From the sequence record PP400786: a stretch of 64,000 nucleotides of DNA, one strand, 5' to 3'. The notes beneath the pieces were generated by a model that was not told the origin of the DNA, made no database searches, and saw only the letters and a list, made by a program, of their open reading frames with translations. Within the stretch, counting starts at the first letter, position 1. Every line of letters starts with the position of its first letter. A program made the translations under genes and the position numbers. This stretch comes from Escherichia phage FL12. Positions 30,098-41,296 of the stretch are shown one piece after another.

Positions 30098-30184
30098 GTT
30101 ATGTGAAAAAATTTTTAGGGAATCCAAAGGGTCCAGAATCATCTCTTTTTCATAAGTATAGATTTATATTACTTGTATGAAAAA

Positions 30185-30200
30185 GGGACCTGGAGGTCCC
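30185..30200 (-). terminator. hairpin plus U-tract after gene 43
   Basis: Minus strand GGGACC-UCCA-GGUCCC followed by UUUUUCAUAC. Confidence 0.6.
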
Positions 30201-30213
30201 TAGATTTATTCTA

Positions 30214-32910
30214 TCAGCCAAACAGGAAGTCTAACGAAGCTTTTTCTTCATAGTCCATGCCAGCCGATTCACACATACCCGCAAGCGGTTTAACAAACGA
30301 TTTTTGGAACAAAGTTGAGTAGTCAATCCAAGACAATACATCAGAACGAATTTCTTTTGGAAGTTCTGTACCCGACGGCCAAGCAATGCACTTATCACCA
30401 AATGGATTTCCTTCACGCAATGGAAGAACCATTACCTTATTTCCATCCAAAATTGGAGCTACACCTAGACCACTAACAGCTCGACGATAAGTTAGCACCC
30501 CACGAATGTGGAACGGGCATTTAAATCCTGGCCAACCTTTATCATCATATTTCGCTATATCGTTCGCAGTTTTTACTTCAGCAATAACTTTATAGTCAAG
30601 TTGACGATATTCTTTCTCGAAGTTCTTGTAATATTCTTGGACAGACTCTTCACCTTCCTGAAGAATACGACGAATACTTTCTTCGAGAGCTTCTTGTACT
30701 GCTTTTGGTGTTGAACTCTGTTGAGTTTCCATACCCATGATTTTTAGATGCGGTTCAGCAAATCGCTTATCTTCCATATCATAAACGTTCAGAGCATAAC
30801 GCTTTTTCGCTTTCCAAAATCCACCAACGCCCTTTGAACCAAGCGGAGGGCAAGAAATAGCTTCACGGTCCATATGCATCAGATGCTCGCGGTTATTCAT
30901 ATAATCACATAACTCGCGATATGCAACATCAATCATAGGTTCCATCTTTTTCTTACCGAACTGATTCATGAATTCAACTAAATCGTTCTGCTCTTTGAAT
31001 CGGTCAAGACCAGCTTTTTCAATAACTTTATCTACACAAACATATACCGAATCAGTATCACCTGCTGCGATGAAATCTTCATCATTAGTTCCGCATACTT
31101 TATTCAGATATTCATTAATTTTGCGAGCAATCCACTGAATACCAACTTGACCGAAAATTGTGATAGCAGTAGCATTTCGCAAATCATAGTAGCGGAAATG
31201 AATATTACCAAGAGCACCATAAAGACTGTTAATAAGAATTTTACGGTTCAGCTGATTTGTGTTAGCAAGTGTAGCAGCTTTTTCACATTCTTCAATCAGA
31301 CTATTAAGAACAGATTCGGTGTAATTCGATAATTCGTTTAAGAAATCATCACTGAACTTAACATATCGTTCAACTTCCGGTTTAGTTGAACAAGACCCTG
31401 CACCTTTCATAATAATTTTTTTAATAGCTTCGGCATTCATTTCTTCCGCGAACATTTTCTTTTTCCAGTCTTTACGCTGGAAAAATACTTTAGCGATTTC
31501 CTTTGGAATGATACCTTCTTGATGCTTATCATACATCCATCCATTCGGAGAACAAGAATATTCATCACTCGGTTTAGGAGCTGTTCCTGCAATATATTCA
31601 TGAATTGGATGAACTTTAAACTGCCCACGAATAGTCTCAGGACTAATGTTAACCTGACGAATAATGCTAGGATACAGAGACGTCAAGTCAAAACTCATAA
31701 TATATCGACGAGCAATTGGTTTAGGTTCAAACACAAATGCACCCGGAAAACTTTGTTTAACGTGCGAACCCTGTTGAGGAATAACCTTATGTTCACCTTT
31801 CAATGAGTTAAAAATAATAGCATCCCAAGTTTTAATAGGACTCATTACACCAGAAAAAGGCATTTTAGCATAATAAGACATACTTAAAACTAGATCGATA
31901 AACCCGCGAATTTTATCAATTGCTTGAACTGATTCTACGTCAATGATGTTATAACTAATGTATCGTTGATGATTAGTCTCACGAAGTTTATTAATAGGAC
32001 CGTCGTATGGTAATTTACCTTTTTTGGTTTCATGTTGAGCAACTGATTCCAAAGAGAATGACGGCAAATTAGTAAATGCGAATTTCTTGTACAAATCTAA
32101 ATAATCAAGAATAGATACACCATCAATAGAATAAATTTCTTTGCTACCGTACACATTTTGAATTAGTTTAGATTTTACCCGACCGATTGGAGAGAAACGT
32201 TTCATACTGCGTTCACCGAGAACCATTTTAACGCGATTCATGATATATGGAACGTCAAACCCCTCAATATTCCAACCAGTAAAAATAGCAGGTCGTTTCT
32301 GTTCCCAGAGATTGATATATTCCATGAGCATATCACGCTCATTATCGAATGGCATATAAATTACTCGGTCAAGAATTTCTTGAGGAACTTCATCACCACC
32401 TTCACAGTCAAGCTTAGCAGCTAACTTTGCATCCCATTTTGATACTGAACCGTACATTGAATTCAAAAGGTCGAAAACATAAAAACGATCATCAATTGAA
32501 TCGTAATGAGTGATAGCATCAATTTCATATTCAGCTTTCATTGGGTCAGGAAATTTATCACCAGTAACCTCAATGTCACAGTTAGCTACACGAACAAATT
32601 TTCGGTCATAAACAATTTCTGAACCGTATGTATCACTGATATAAGCGAGTTTAAAATCGTTCATACCGAGAGCTTCGAGACCGATGTCTTCCATTCGCTT
32701 CATCCAATCTCGAGCATCTTTCATTGATGGAAATTTTTGAGGAGAGCAGTTTTTACCATAGATGTCTTTGTATTTTGACTCTTCCTTACAATGTCTAAAC
32801 ATAGTTGGAAGATATTCTACTTCACGAGTACGTTCCTTTCCGTTTTCATCAATATAACGTTCAACAATGTTATTTCCGACTGTTTCAATAGAGATATAAA
32901 ATTCTTTCAT
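30214..32910 (-). CDS. 43: DNA polymerase gp43 (family B)
   Basis: 898 aa as T4 gp43; exonuclease and polymerase motifs (YGDTDS-like). Confidence 0.9.
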   Translation of the reverse strand: MKEFYISIETVGNNIVERYIDENGKERTREVEYLPTMFRHCKEESKYKDIYGKNCSPQKFPSMKDARDWMKRMEDIGLEALGMNDFKLAYISDTYGSEIVYDRKFVRVANCDIEVTGDKFPDPMKAEYEIDAITHYDSIDDRFYVFDLLNSMYGSVSKWDAKLAAKLDCEGGDEVPQEILDRVIYMPFDNERDMLMEYINLWEQKRPAIFTGWNIEGFDVPYIMNRVKMVLGERSMKRFSPIGRVKSKLIQNVYGSKEIYSIDGVSILDYLDLYKKFAFTNLPSFSLESVAQHETKKGKLPYDGPINKLRETNHQRYISYNIIDVESVQAIDKIRGFIDLVLSMSYYAKMPFSGVMSPIKTWDAIIFNSLKGEHKVIPQQGSHVKQSFPGAFVFEPKPIARRYIMSFDLTSLYPSIIRQVNISPETIRGQFKVHPIHEYIAGTAPKPSDEYSCSPNGWMYDKHQEGIIPKEIAKVFFQRKDWKKKMFAEEMNAEAIKKIIMKGAGSCSTKPEVERYVKFSDDFLNELSNYTESVLNSLIEECEKAATLANTNQLNRKILINSLYGALGNIHFRYYDLRNATAITIFGQVGIQWIARKINEYLNKVCGTNDEDFIAAGDTDSVYVCVDKVIEKAGLDRFKEQNDLVEFMNQFGKKKMEPMIDVAYRELCDYMNNREHLMHMDREAISCPPLGSKGVGGFWKAKKRYALNVYDMEDKRFAEPHLKIMGMETQQSSTPKAVQEALEESIRRILQEGEESVQEYYKNFEKEYRQLDYKVIAEVKTANDIAKYDDKGWPGFKCPFHIRGVLTYRRAVSGLGVAPILDGNKVMVLPLREGNPFGDKCIAWPSGTELPKEIRSDVLSWIDYSTLFQKSFVKPLAGMCESAGMDYEEKASLDFLFG

Positions 32911-32968
32911 AGATATTCCTTAGTTTATAGCCCGAGTTATTAGGCTCTTGATATATTATACTCCAAAT

Positions 32969-32986
32969 AAGGGGCCGAAGCCCCTT
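32969..32986 (-). terminator. UUCG-tetraloop hairpin between regA and 43
   Basis: Minus strand AAGGGGC-UUCG-GCCCCUU; may be stability element rather than terminator. Confidence 0.45.
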
Positions 32987-32988
32987 GC

Positions 32989-33357
32989 TTAATTACCAAT
33001 CGTATATTTAGGAACGAGTTTCCATTCATGTTTTTGTTTAAAAGAAATAACTCGGAAGTTATTAGTTAAATCTTTCATAAAAGTTCTTTGACCAGGGACG
33101 ATTTCAATCAGTCCCCAATCTTCTAACAACCATGCAATCGAATCACGACGAACTTCATCTTCTTCTGTCATTTCAACTTGGCGACCATCCATACGAAGCA
33201 TTTCTTTAAAATGAACGATATAGTATAGTCCTTTTTTCTGAAGAATATGACAGGACTGATACAGAACTTTATCTTTATTATTAGCAATTCCCATACGAGT
33301 CAAAGTTTCTTTTACTTTCAGAAAATCTTCAGGTTTTTTAAGAGTAATTTCAATCAT
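32989..33357 (-). CDS. regA: translational repressor RegA
   Basis: 122 aa as T4 RegA; between 62 and 43. Confidence 0.8.
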   Translation of the reverse strand: MIEITLKKPEDFLKVKETLTRMGIANNKDKVLYQSCHILQKKGLYYIVHFKEMLRMDGRQVEMTEEDEVRRDSIAWLLEDWGLIEIVPGQRTFMKDLTNNFRVISFKQKHEWKLVPKYTIGN

Positions 33358-33358
33358 T

Positions 33359-33922
33359 TTACCATTCCAATGCTAGTTTTTTGAGTTGTTTCTGTTCTTT
33401 TACGTTCTTAGTCACTTCTTTCAAAAAATCATCCGTGACTAATCCTTTTAGTTCTTTTAATACTAAAGGTAGTTTTCCATTTTTAGTAAGAATTGATTTA
33501 TAGTTAATTGCATCATTTGTATTAACTTGATACCGCTTAGCAAGTAACTTAATAATCAATACTTCGGTGGAATCTTCAACTAGTTTTGCCCATTTACCAT
33601 ATCTTTTACCACGAGGAACTGCAGCCATTAGATAATTAAAATGAGCTTCATCACTTAAGCCTGATCCAATTAAATTCATAGCATATACAGCTGGCATGCA
33701 CTCCGGAAATTGCGATAATGCATTTTCAACCATGAATTTTGAATAATCTTTTTGAGCAATAGAGCATTTAGTTTTATTATTAATAGCTCCAATTATTTCA
33801 AAAAACTCATTTTCAGCTTTTTCTTTAAAAGAATCAGCAGCGGATTGGACAGCTGTCCAATCTTTAGAATACCAAGCAACTTGATGCTCGTTTAATTGAA
33901 TATCATCTTCAAATAAGCTCAT
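33359..33922 (-). CDS. 62: clamp loader small subunit gp62
   Basis: 187 aa as T4 gp62; start overlaps gp44 stop. Confidence 0.75.
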   Translation of the reverse strand: MSLFEDDIQLNEHQVAWYSKDWTAVQSAADSFKEKAENEFFEIIGAINNKTKCSIAQKDYSKFMVENALSQFPECMPAVYAMNLIGSGLSDEAHFNYLMAAVPRGKRYGKWAKLVEDSTEVLIIKLLAKRYQVNTNDAINYKSILTKNGKLPLVLKELKGLVTDDFLKEVTKNVKEQKQLKKLALEW

Positions 33923-33923
33923 A

Positions 33924-34898
33924 TCACTTCCACTGCATTTCGCATGCTAATTGAATGAAAAGATAAGCTAGATGCAATTCAGTATTAGCTGCAATACCAT
34001 GATACTGATTATTTTCGCCGACAATTTCGTACATACGAATAATACTTTGTGGAGTTACACGTGAATAGATTTCTTCGGCAAGTTTACCTACGAACCACGA
34101 ATAATCAGCTGCATATTTTGGTGCTAAAGCTCTGAGTTGTTTAACATCTTTATTTTTGAGAGATTCAAGAACATCATCAATAGCACCACGATCGTTAGTA
34201 ACCAGTGATAAAATACCAGCATCCAAAACACCTTTAGATGAATAACTATCGAGCTCGCCAATAGTTTTACGAAAATCAGGAAAATTCTTTTTAACCAAAG
34301 CTGCTACAACTTTCATATCAGCTATAGCAATTCCTTCGTGCTTACAGATTTCAGTCAATCGACGAATCATCTGCTTCATCATTTCAATTTTATCTTCATC
34401 AGTCGGTTGACCGAATGTAATAACTCGGCAGCGTGACTGAAGTGGTTTAATAATACCATCAATGTTGTTAGCAGTAATAATAATACTACAGTTTGAACTA
34501 TAAGCTTCCATAAAGGAACGAAGATGTCGCTGAGACTCTGCTAACCCTGAACGGTCAAATTCATCAATAACGATTACTTTTTGACGACCATCAAATGAAG
34601 CTGCACTGGCAAAATTAGTCAAAGGACCACGAACGAAATCAATTTTACAGTCTGATCCATTTACAAACATCATATCAGCATTTACATCATGACACAATGC
34701 TTTTGCTACAGTTGTTTTACCTGTTCCTGGAGAAGGAGAATGAAGAATAATATGTGGAATCTTACCTTTACTTGTAATAGATTTAAAGGTTTCTTTATCA
34801 AAGGCGGGAAGAATACATTCATCGATAGTAGATGGACGATATTTCTGTTCAAGAATGTGTTCTTTTTCATTTACAGTAATCATAATTTCCTCATTCAA
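33924..34898 (-). CDS. 44: clamp loader ATPase gp44 (AAA+)
   Basis: 324 aa; Walker [11 protein letters not shown]; Walker B VIVIDEFD. Confidence 0.85.
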   Translation of the reverse strand: MNEEIMITVNEKEHILEQKYRPSTIDECILPAFDKETFKSITSKGKIPHIILHSPSPGTGKTTVAKALCHDVNADMMFVNGSDCKIDFVRGPLTNFASAASFDGRQKVIVIDEFDRSGLAESQRHLRSFMEAYSSNCSIIITANNIDGIIKPLQSRCRVITFGQPTDEDKIEMMKQMIRRLTEICKHEGIAIADMKVVAALVKKNFPDFRKTIGELDSYSSKGVLDAGILSLVTNDRGAIDDVLESLKNKDVKQLRALAPKYAADYSWFVGKLAEEIYSRVTPQSIIRMYEIVGENNQYHGIAANTELHLAYLFIQLACEMQWK

Positions 34899-34917
34899 GT
34901 TTTAGTGTAAATTATAA

Positions 34918-34933
34918 AGGGCCGAAGCCCTCT
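34918..34933 (-). terminator. UUCG-tetraloop hairpin after gene 45
   Basis: GGGCC-GAAG-CCC on plus strand. Confidence 0.45.
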
Positions 34934-34934
34934 A

Positions 34935-35621
34935 TTAAAAATCGTGGGTAGAATCAGCTTCAAGAGCTACTACATAATTCGAGTGTTCACCTTCAAATTT
35001 AGCAGCGCCTTGTTTACCTTTTGCCCAGAGCAGAAGTTTATAATTTCCTGGTTGCATTTTCATATTTGCCATATTGATAATGAAATTAAATGTATTTTCA
35101 CCATCATAATCACCAAGAGTCAAAGAATATTTAACACGGGTCAAAGCAGAATCTTCTACTTTATTAAAACCGTTAATTACGATTTTACCTTCTTTTACTG
35201 TGATAGCAATTGTATCAATTTGCAGACCACGAGATACACGCAACAGTTGTTGAAGGTCTTCAGCTTTAATTTCAGTAACAACAGATGCTACCGGGAATGG
35301 AATTGGTTTATTAGGAGCAACTACTGTACTCGGATCGGCTGCTGGCCAAAAAATTGTTGAGCGGGCATCAGCAATTTTAATATTTCCATCTTCTGACTGG
35401 GAAATTTCTGCATCATCATTAACTAGAGACAGAATACCGAGAAAACCGTTCAAATCGTAAATTGCTACATCAAAATCAATAACGTCAGAAATATTTGCTT
35501 CCGCATAAGTTGTACCATTAACTGCACGAGTCATAATAAATTGACCTGATTTAAGCATAATACCGGAGTTAATAGTAGCGAAATTTTTCAAAATATTCAG
35601 TGTATCTTTAGACAGTTTCAT
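34935..35621 (-). CDS. 45: sliding clamp gp45
   Basis: 228 aa as T4 gp45. Confidence 0.8.
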   Translation of the reverse strand: MKLSKDTLNILKNFATINSGIMLKSGQFIMTRAVNGTTYAEANISDVIDFDVAIYDLNGFLGILSLVNDDAEISQSEDGNIKIADARSTIFWPAADPSTVVAPNKPIPFPVASVVTEIKAEDLQQLLRVSRGLQIDTIAITVKEGKIVINGFNKVEDSALTRVKYSLTLGDYDGENTFNFIINMANMKMQPGNYKLLLWAKGKQGAAKFEGEHSNYVVALEADSTHDF

Positions 35622-35676
35622 GTAATTTCCTTCAATTCAAATGAGATTTAATTTTATAACTAATTTAATAAAGCAA

Positions 35677-36066
35677 TTAACGATTAAAATCAGCCGCAAT
35701 TGTTTCCGCAACAATTTGAGCAGCAACAATTAGACGTTCATCTGCATTACCGCAATATTCATCTTCTAAACGTTCACCGCATGAAGTCATAATAAATTTA
35801 GCACCAGCGTTTAGGGATTCTGTAGTATGTTTGCGCATTAGTTCAATCCATTTATTACTTACTTCACGATCGATAGCTTCATAATACGCATGACGAGCAG
35901 GTGCAGATTTAATTTTATTCTGAATAACTTCCATTGCGTTATCAGAAAGAGACAAAACCCATGCTCGACGAATTTTATTTTGGTTTTGTGGATTTGATTC
36001 AGAACGCACGTGTTTTGGCTGAATATCTTTTACATCAACAGTATAATTCACAGTAATTTTAGTCAT
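35677..36066 (-). CDS. rpbA: RNA polymerase binding protein RpbA (by size/position)
   Basis: 129 aa between 46 and 45. Confidence 0.5.
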   Translation of the reverse strand: MTKITVNYTVDVKDIQPKHVRSESNPQNQNKIRRAWVLSLSDNAMEVIQNKIKSAPARHAYYEAIDREVSNKWIELMRKHTTESLNAGAKFIMTSCGERLEDEYCGNADERLIVAAQIVAETIAADFNR

Positions 36067-36075
36067 AATACACCT

Positions 36076-36264
36076 TTAGTCATAATAATCAGTAACAGTC
36101 CAAGCTTCATTTCTATTGGACATTATTTTTGTATATTCTGCTTTAAATGCATTCCTAAGCATAGATTCAGTAACTATATGCTCTTCATTAGAAAAATTAT
36201 TTCTCAGAATATATCGTTTTATTTCAGGAATAGTTAATAGATGCTGTCCAGTTGAATATTCCAT
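36076..36264 (-). CDS. hypothetical small protein
   Basis: 62 aa ORF. Confidence 0.4.
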   Translation of the reverse strand: MEYSTGQHLLTIPEIKRYILRNNFSNEEHIVTESMLRNAFKAEYTKIMSNRNEAWTVTDYYD

Positions 36265-36319
36265 GTTTTTCCTCCATAGAGATTATACTCTAATAAATTA
36301 AAGCATAATCTCTTATAAA

Positions 36320-38002
36320 TTAAACCATTACAGTAAATCGACCAACTTTCTTCATTTGAAGATGCTGACCATATTCTTGCGGGTCATGGTCTTTATGCGA
36401 AATTATAAAAACATTAGTGTTTTTCATTGAATTTATAATATTAGCTACACCTTTAATACCTTCGGCATCAAATGACCCATCAAACACTTCATCAAGAATT
36501 AATGTACTAATACTAACACCAGATACGATAGAAGCAATATCACGCCAAGTAAATAAAAGAGCAATATCAATTCTTGCTTTTTCACCTTCACTAAATGAAG
36601 CATAACTAAAATCTTCGCGACCACGGGATTTAATTGTCTCATTAAATTCTTCATCTAATGTAAACACATAATCCGCTTCCATTATTTTAAGATAATGGTT
36701 AATCTGCTTATTAAATAATGGAATGTACTTTTTAATAATAGCACCTTTAATACCAGAATCTTTGAGCATATCAGTCAAAATTCCTCGGTGGTATTTTTCC
36801 ATTACTAAATTAGTTTTTGTCTTAACAATTTTATCAAGTTCTTCTTGAAGCAGTGCTATTTCATCAGCATGGTCAATAAACTCAGAAGATGCTTTTTCTA
36901 TAGCCGCTTTAACTTTTTTAGCTTTATCTACTGCTGCAATCAGAGATTGCTTTTTATTGCGAATATCATTTGCCAACGACTGTTGGGTTTTAATATTATC
37001 TCGGTATTCATCAACAAGAACTTTTAAATTATCACGATGCGTTGAAAGCAGTTCAAACGAATGCGTACATTCAGAAACTTTATCTTTAATTTTAGAAACA
37101 ACTTTATCACCGGAACTCAATTGTGACAAACAGGTTGGACATAATCCACCTTCGTGATACATATTAATGACTTTATTATATGAGTCAATTTTTGATTTAA
37201 TTAAAACTGCTTCTTGACCGATTTTATTAAATGCATCAGTCGGGTCTTCATCTAAAACAATATTAACTAATCTTTCATTAGCTTCTTCTATTTCCGATTT
37301 TAGCGTTCTAGCTTCTTTTGCCAAATCATCATACATATTTTGCAGACGAGTAAGGTTGTCACCCGTTAATTTTTTCTGGCGTTCAACGTTATCATTATAT
37401 ATTTTAATTTGTTGGATAATACTATCTTTTTTAACATCAAGCACTTGGTTTTGTGAATTTAATTCGCGTATTAGTGCTTTATTAAGCTTATCCATTTCAG
37501 CTAATGTTCCTACCTCGAGCAGGTCTTCCACAAGCTTTCTTCGCGCAGGGGTCGACAAACCCATGAAAGGGGTATACCCTGCTGTACCAAGGACAACAAT
37601 CTGCTTGAAACTGGCATATGACATTCCGATAAGCTGTTCAAATTCTGCTTGGAAATCTTTGCTGCTGGCAGATTCATTAAGACGTGTACCGTTAACGGTG
37701 ATTTCGAAAACGTTTGGTTTTTGTCCTCTTTTGATATAGTACTTTTTCTCATCATATTCCATCCACAGTTCAACTAAAAGTTCTTTCTTATTTGTGCTGT
37801 TTATTAATTGACCTTTCTTTACATCGCGAAATGGCTTGCCAAAAAGCCCAAATGTGATGGCTTCTAACATAGTAGACTTACCACCGCCATTTCGTCCAGT
37901 AATAAGAGTTTTTTGAACCTTATCTAATTGAATGTCAATCCCATTTTGACCAACTGACATTATATTTTTATATTTTACTCTATTAAGTTTAAAATTCTTC
38001 AC
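36320..38002 (-). CDS. 46: recombination endonuclease subunit gp46 (SbcC/Rad50-like ATPase)
   Basis: 560 aa as T4 gp46; Walker A GRNGGGKST; coiled-coil middle; signature/D-loop region. Confidence 0.85.
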   Translation of the reverse strand: MKNFKLNRVKYKNIMSVGQNGIDIQLDKVQKTLITGRNGGGKSTMLEAITFGLFGKPFRDVKKGQLINSTNKKELLVELWMEYDEKKYYIKRGQKPNVFEITVNGTRLNESASSKDFQAEFEQLIGMSYASFKQIVVLGTAGYTPFMGLSTPARRKLVEDLLEVGTLAEMDKLNKALIRELNSQNQVLDVKKDSIIQQIKIYNDNVERQKKLTGDNLTRLQNMYDDLAKEARTLKSEIEEANERLVNIVLDEDPTDAFNKIGQEAVLIKSKIDSYNKVINMYHEGGLCPTCLSQLSSGDKVVSKIKDKVSECTHSFELLSTHRDNLKVLVDEYRDNIKTQQSLANDIRNKKQSLIAAVDKAKKVKAAIEKASSEFIDHADEIALLQEELDKIVKTKTNLVMEKYHRGILTDMLKDSGIKGAIIKKYIPLFNKQINHYLKIMEADYVFTLDEEFNETIKSRGREDFSYASFSEGEKARIDIALLFTWRDIASIVSGVSISTLILDEVFDGSFDAEGIKGVANIINSMKNTNVFIISHKDHDPQEYGQHLQMKKVGRFTVMV

Positions 38003-38262
38003 AAAAGATTCCTTTTAATGTATCTTTTAGACCATTCTATCATATCATCATAATCTAAAAAGTATTCATCAAATTCAGCCATGCAAACAACACCTTGTGC
38101 TGCTTTTGATGTGATATAAATTATTCCAACATATCTAGAATCTTCTTCGGTATAATCAATATTTGCTATGAATTCATCATTAATGTCAAATGTCGAAAAC
38201 TTCACAGTATGCATCCTTAATACAAGATACAGCCATATCTCGTAATGATTTAGGTGTGTCAT
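37999..38262 (-). CDS. hypothetical small protein (46.1 position)
   Basis: 87 aa. Confidence 0.45.
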   Translation of the reverse strand: MTHLNHYEIWLYLVLRMHTVKFSTFDINDEFIANIDYTEEDSRYVGIIYITSKAAQGVVCMAEFDEYFLDYDDMIEWSKRYIKRNLL

Positions 38263-38449
38263 TATCTAAAATGTTGAAGTTAAAAGATACAGCCCAGTCA
38301 GTGCAGACCGTGACCTTTTTAATACAATTATCTTCAACCTCTAGCGGTTCAAACCAATATTCAATAATTTCTTTATGACCAATATCATCTTTTACTTCGC
38401 ATTCAAAATGCTGACTCATCATAACATTTTTAAATTCATCAAAAGTCAT
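38186..38449 (-). CDS. hypothetical small protein (46.2 position; start probably later)
   Basis: 87 aa ORF overlapping neighbour. Confidence 0.4.
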   Translation of the reverse strand: MTFDEFKNVMMSQHFECEVKDDIGHKEIIEYWFEPLEVEDNCIKKVTVCTDWAVSFNFNILDNDTPKSLRDMAVSCIKDAYCEVFDI

Positions 38450-39465
38450 TGTGTTGCCTCTACATATAGCTGATTTGCATATTGAATAAGTGCTTCACGG
38501 TCAGAATCAGTGATGTCTGGAATTGCATTAATGTATTCTTCCATCAACGTCTGAAGCGATTGAACTTCAACTTCTTCACTGTCATCTGACTCGACAGAGT
38601 TATCAATCTTTGACACAACTCGTAACGAATGCACAACTTTTTCTAGTTCAGATTCGAACTTCGTCAGATTTTTGTCTACTTCAGTTACTATAACACGTAC
38701 TGATAGATTTGTAAAATCTTTATAGTCAATTTTTCCTTTAAATGGATAATGAATTCTACGATGCCAGGTAGTATTGTTTGGAATAAATTCCATTCGTTCT
38801 GTTTCTGTATCAAACATCCAGAACCCACGAGGGTCATTCTCGTCACCTGCAGTTAGTGTCCATGGTGTCCCAATATATCTGACGTTTGCAGCCTCAGAAA
38901 TAGTATGGAAGTGACCAGACCACACTTCTTTATAAGTCTTAAGGAAATCAGGTTCAAGACCGTGAGATTTCATTCCTTTATAAAAATAAAATCCATTCAG
39001 TTCCCAGTGACCAACACAAAAAGAAGCAGATGAAGTTTTGATGTGCTCAAGAATTTCACCAGTATTTTCTTCGCACATCCAAGGAATCAAATCAATCAAA
39101 CACCCGTCAAAATCTACTGTAGTAGGCTTATCATACACTTTAACATTAGGATATTTAGCCAAAAGCTCAGTAGAGGCATTTGGATGCATTACATTTTTGT
39201 AGTGGAGATCGTGATTTCCTACAATAGTGTGTAATGTAATTCCAGCAGCATTAAGCGTTTGAACTATTTCACGGGCAAACTCCATAGTTTTATGTGTGAT
39301 CGCTTTTCTCACATCAAAAATATCACCGTATTGAATCCAGGTAGTAATTCCATTTTTCTTAGAATATTCTATTGCTTGTTTAATTCCATCAATTTGAATA
39401 CCGCGAATCCACTCATCATCAGCTTTAACACCTAAATGCCAATCACCTAAATTTAAAATTTTCAT
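38446..39465 (-). CDS. 47: recombination endonuclease subunit gp47 (SbcD/Mre11-like phosphoesterase)
   Basis: 339 aa as T4 gp47; calcineurin-like motifs (GDWH, GNHD). Confidence 0.85.
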   Translation of the reverse strand: MKILNLGDWHLGVKADDEWIRGIQIDGIKQAIEYSKKNGITTWIQYGDIFDVRKAITHKTMEFAREIVQTLNAAGITLHTIVGNHDLHYKNVMHPNASTELLAKYPNVKVYDKPTTVDFDGCLIDLIPWMCEENTGEILEHIKTSSASFCVGHWELNGFYFYKGMKSHGLEPDFLKTYKEVWSGHFHTISEAANVRYIGTPWTLTAGDENDPRGFWMFDTETERMEFIPNNTTWHRRIHYPFKGKIDYKDFTNLSVRVIVTEVDKNLTKFESELEKVVHSLRVVSKIDNSVESDDSEEVEVQSLQTLMEEYINAIPDITDSDREALIQYANQLYVEATQ

Positions 39466-39625
39466 ATATCAAGAACCGTCATTGAAATGCAAAATAAAAT
39501 TATTGAAATAAATCCATCTGGAGTGCTAAAGAACCCAATCCAACATGCTCTAGTGAGCAGATAAAATGCAAGAAAAAGTATCACATATCCAAGAAATATC
39601 ATTATATCAAACTCCATATAAAGCT

Positions 39626-39643
39626 AAAGGGCCGAAGCCCTTT
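39626..39643 (-). terminator. UUCG-tetraloop hairpin after alpha-gt
   Basis: Minus strand AAAGGGC-UUCG-GCCCUUU. Confidence 0.5.
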
Positions 39644-40844
39644 ATTTTGTAATAATGTCAAACTGTTCTTTAAAGCAGAAGCTTGAATCTTGATGCTGAT
39701 ACAAAAATTCATATGCTTTTTCTCGCTCACGGTCATAAAGAACTCGGTCAGATGACAATTCTTTAATACGTTCAAATGTTGATTCCATGTCATTTTCATC
39801 AAACCAAATGATACCGCTATCATGTGAGGTCAAAGGAGTATTATCAACACGGAATTTTAAATTTTCGCCAGTAGATTTCCAGAAAACAGGAATTGTACCG
39901 CAAGCACCTAATTCAAGATGAGTATATTCGAGTGAGCGTTGTAAGTATTTCTGGTTAAGTTTACTCAACTGATATCCAAAGCCAGATTTACTCATTCGTT
40001 CAAGCATTTCACTATTAATATAACAATCTAGGATTTGTGCCGGTTGATTCGGCGCGAGATTCATTTTATCAATCTCACGATTACCGTAATATTCATGCGG
40101 AATACCTTTTTCCTTAATTGCAATAAAAGCAGGGGAACGTTCAAGACCTTCCATTACAGTGGATTTACCAGCAGGTTTTAAGAATTTTTCATGAAAATCA
40201 AACATCTGATAAAAACCTTTCCATGTAGTCGTACGACCAATCCAACGGTTGGTGTTCATGTTAATTTCAGAAACATCTTTCCAATAAGTTGACCGAACCT
40301 TCGCAATATCCATAGGAGGCTGAAAATTATATACTGTTGGTGCTTCTTCAATATCATCAAACAGAGAAACAGTTTCTGGATACCATTCTTTCATCAGAAC
40401 TTTATTAAAATCACCATTATCAGAATGGCTAAAAATAACATCAGCTCGACGAACAGTTTCTTCTAATCCCAAATTTCGACGCAAAGAAAGAACAGAATGA
40501 TCATGCTGATAAACTACAACACGAATAGAAGGTTTAATATTATCTAAAAGTTTTTTATAGTTATTAATCGTAGCTTCTTGAACGGAAGTAGCAGGAACAG
40601 AATTAATAATTAGAATATCACAATCATTTACCAGCTTAAGTGCTTTATCGTATTCTTTAGCTAAAATAACTGGAATTGAAAATGATTTGTGGTCATGAGA
40701 ACTTGTACGAGTAAATGATTTATCTTTAGCATAAACCAAAGTTACTTCATGGCCATTTTTAATAAACCAATCACGCTGCTCAAGAGAAAATTTAGTTACA
40801 CCGCAACCTTCAAGACCCCGAGCCAGAAAAATGCATACTTTCAT
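39642..40844 (-). CDS. agt: DNA alpha-glucosyltransferase
   Basis: 400 aa as T4 alpha-gt; between 55 region and 47. Confidence 0.7.
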   Translation of the reverse strand: MKVCIFLARGLEGCGVTKFSLEQRDWFIKNGHEVTLVYAKDKSFTRTSSHDHKSFSIPVILAKEYDKALKLVNDCDILIINSVPATSVQEATINNYKKLLDNIKPSIRVVVYQHDHSVLSLRRNLGLEETVRRADVIFSHSDNGDFNKVLMKEWYPETVSLFDDIEEAPTVYNFQPPMDIAKVRSTYWKDVSEINMNTNRWIGRTTTWKGFYQMFDFHEKFLKPAGKSTVMEGLERSPAFIAIKEKGIPHEYYGNREIDKMNLAPNQPAQILDCYINSEMLERMSKSGFGYQLSKLNQKYLQRSLEYTHLELGACGTIPVFWKSTGENLKFRVDNTPLTSHDSGIIWFDENDMESTFERIKELSSDRVLYDREREKAYEFLYQHQDSSFCFKEQFDIITK

Positions 40845-40899
40845 TTAATATCCTCTTTGTTTTGGTTTATTTTATCAAAAAAATTTATAAAGCAATATA

Positions 40900-40913
40900 G
40901 GAGCCGAAGCTCC
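40900..40913 (-). terminator. UUCG-tetraloop hairpin
   Basis: Minus strand GGAGC-UUCG-GCUCC. Confidence 0.45.
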
Positions 40914-41089
40914 TATCCACATAATACGCCATACAGAGGCTCATTAGAGCTTCTAAATTTTATGCGCTTATATGTTATAGTTTCTTCTGCTTTAGCTTTA
41001 TCATGAGACTCTTTAAAGCGTCTCATCATTTCCTCTTTAGAGGAACGATTTTTATTATAATCTATTTCAGAAGTCTGGATGTTCATCTT

Positions 41090-41296
41090 TCATAACTGCC
41101 ACCATTTTTTGACTTGATAAGAATCAACCCACACTTTCATATTAGGGTCTGCTCTTACAATAGGAGGATTAACTTCTTTAATTGAACTATCATGGTATTC
41201 TTTTTCAGAAATTTTCACACAAAGATGACCATTCAAAGATTCAGTAAATCCTGCATTAATTTTAAGACGCTTGAATTTTACGTGTGTAAGCATCAA
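41090..41296 (-). CDS. hypothetical small protein
   Basis: 68 aa. Confidence 0.4.
   Translation of the reverse strand: MMLTHVKFKRLKINAGFTESLNGHLCVKISEKEYHDSSIKEVNPPIVRADPNMKVWVDSYQVKKWWQL

Noticed and set aside
30231-30416. Same-strand ORFs nested within large genes (this one, and e.g. 20050-20286, 31437-31628, 37510-37773, 55708-55902)
   Set aside because: Out-of-frame overlaps inside gp43, gp56, gp46 and nucleotidyltransferase coding regions; no independent support.
39602-39823. 73-aa minus-strand ORF overlapping the 3' end of alpha-glucosyltransferase
   Set aside because: Alternate frame of a well-supported gene and covers the terminator hairpin; likely spurious.
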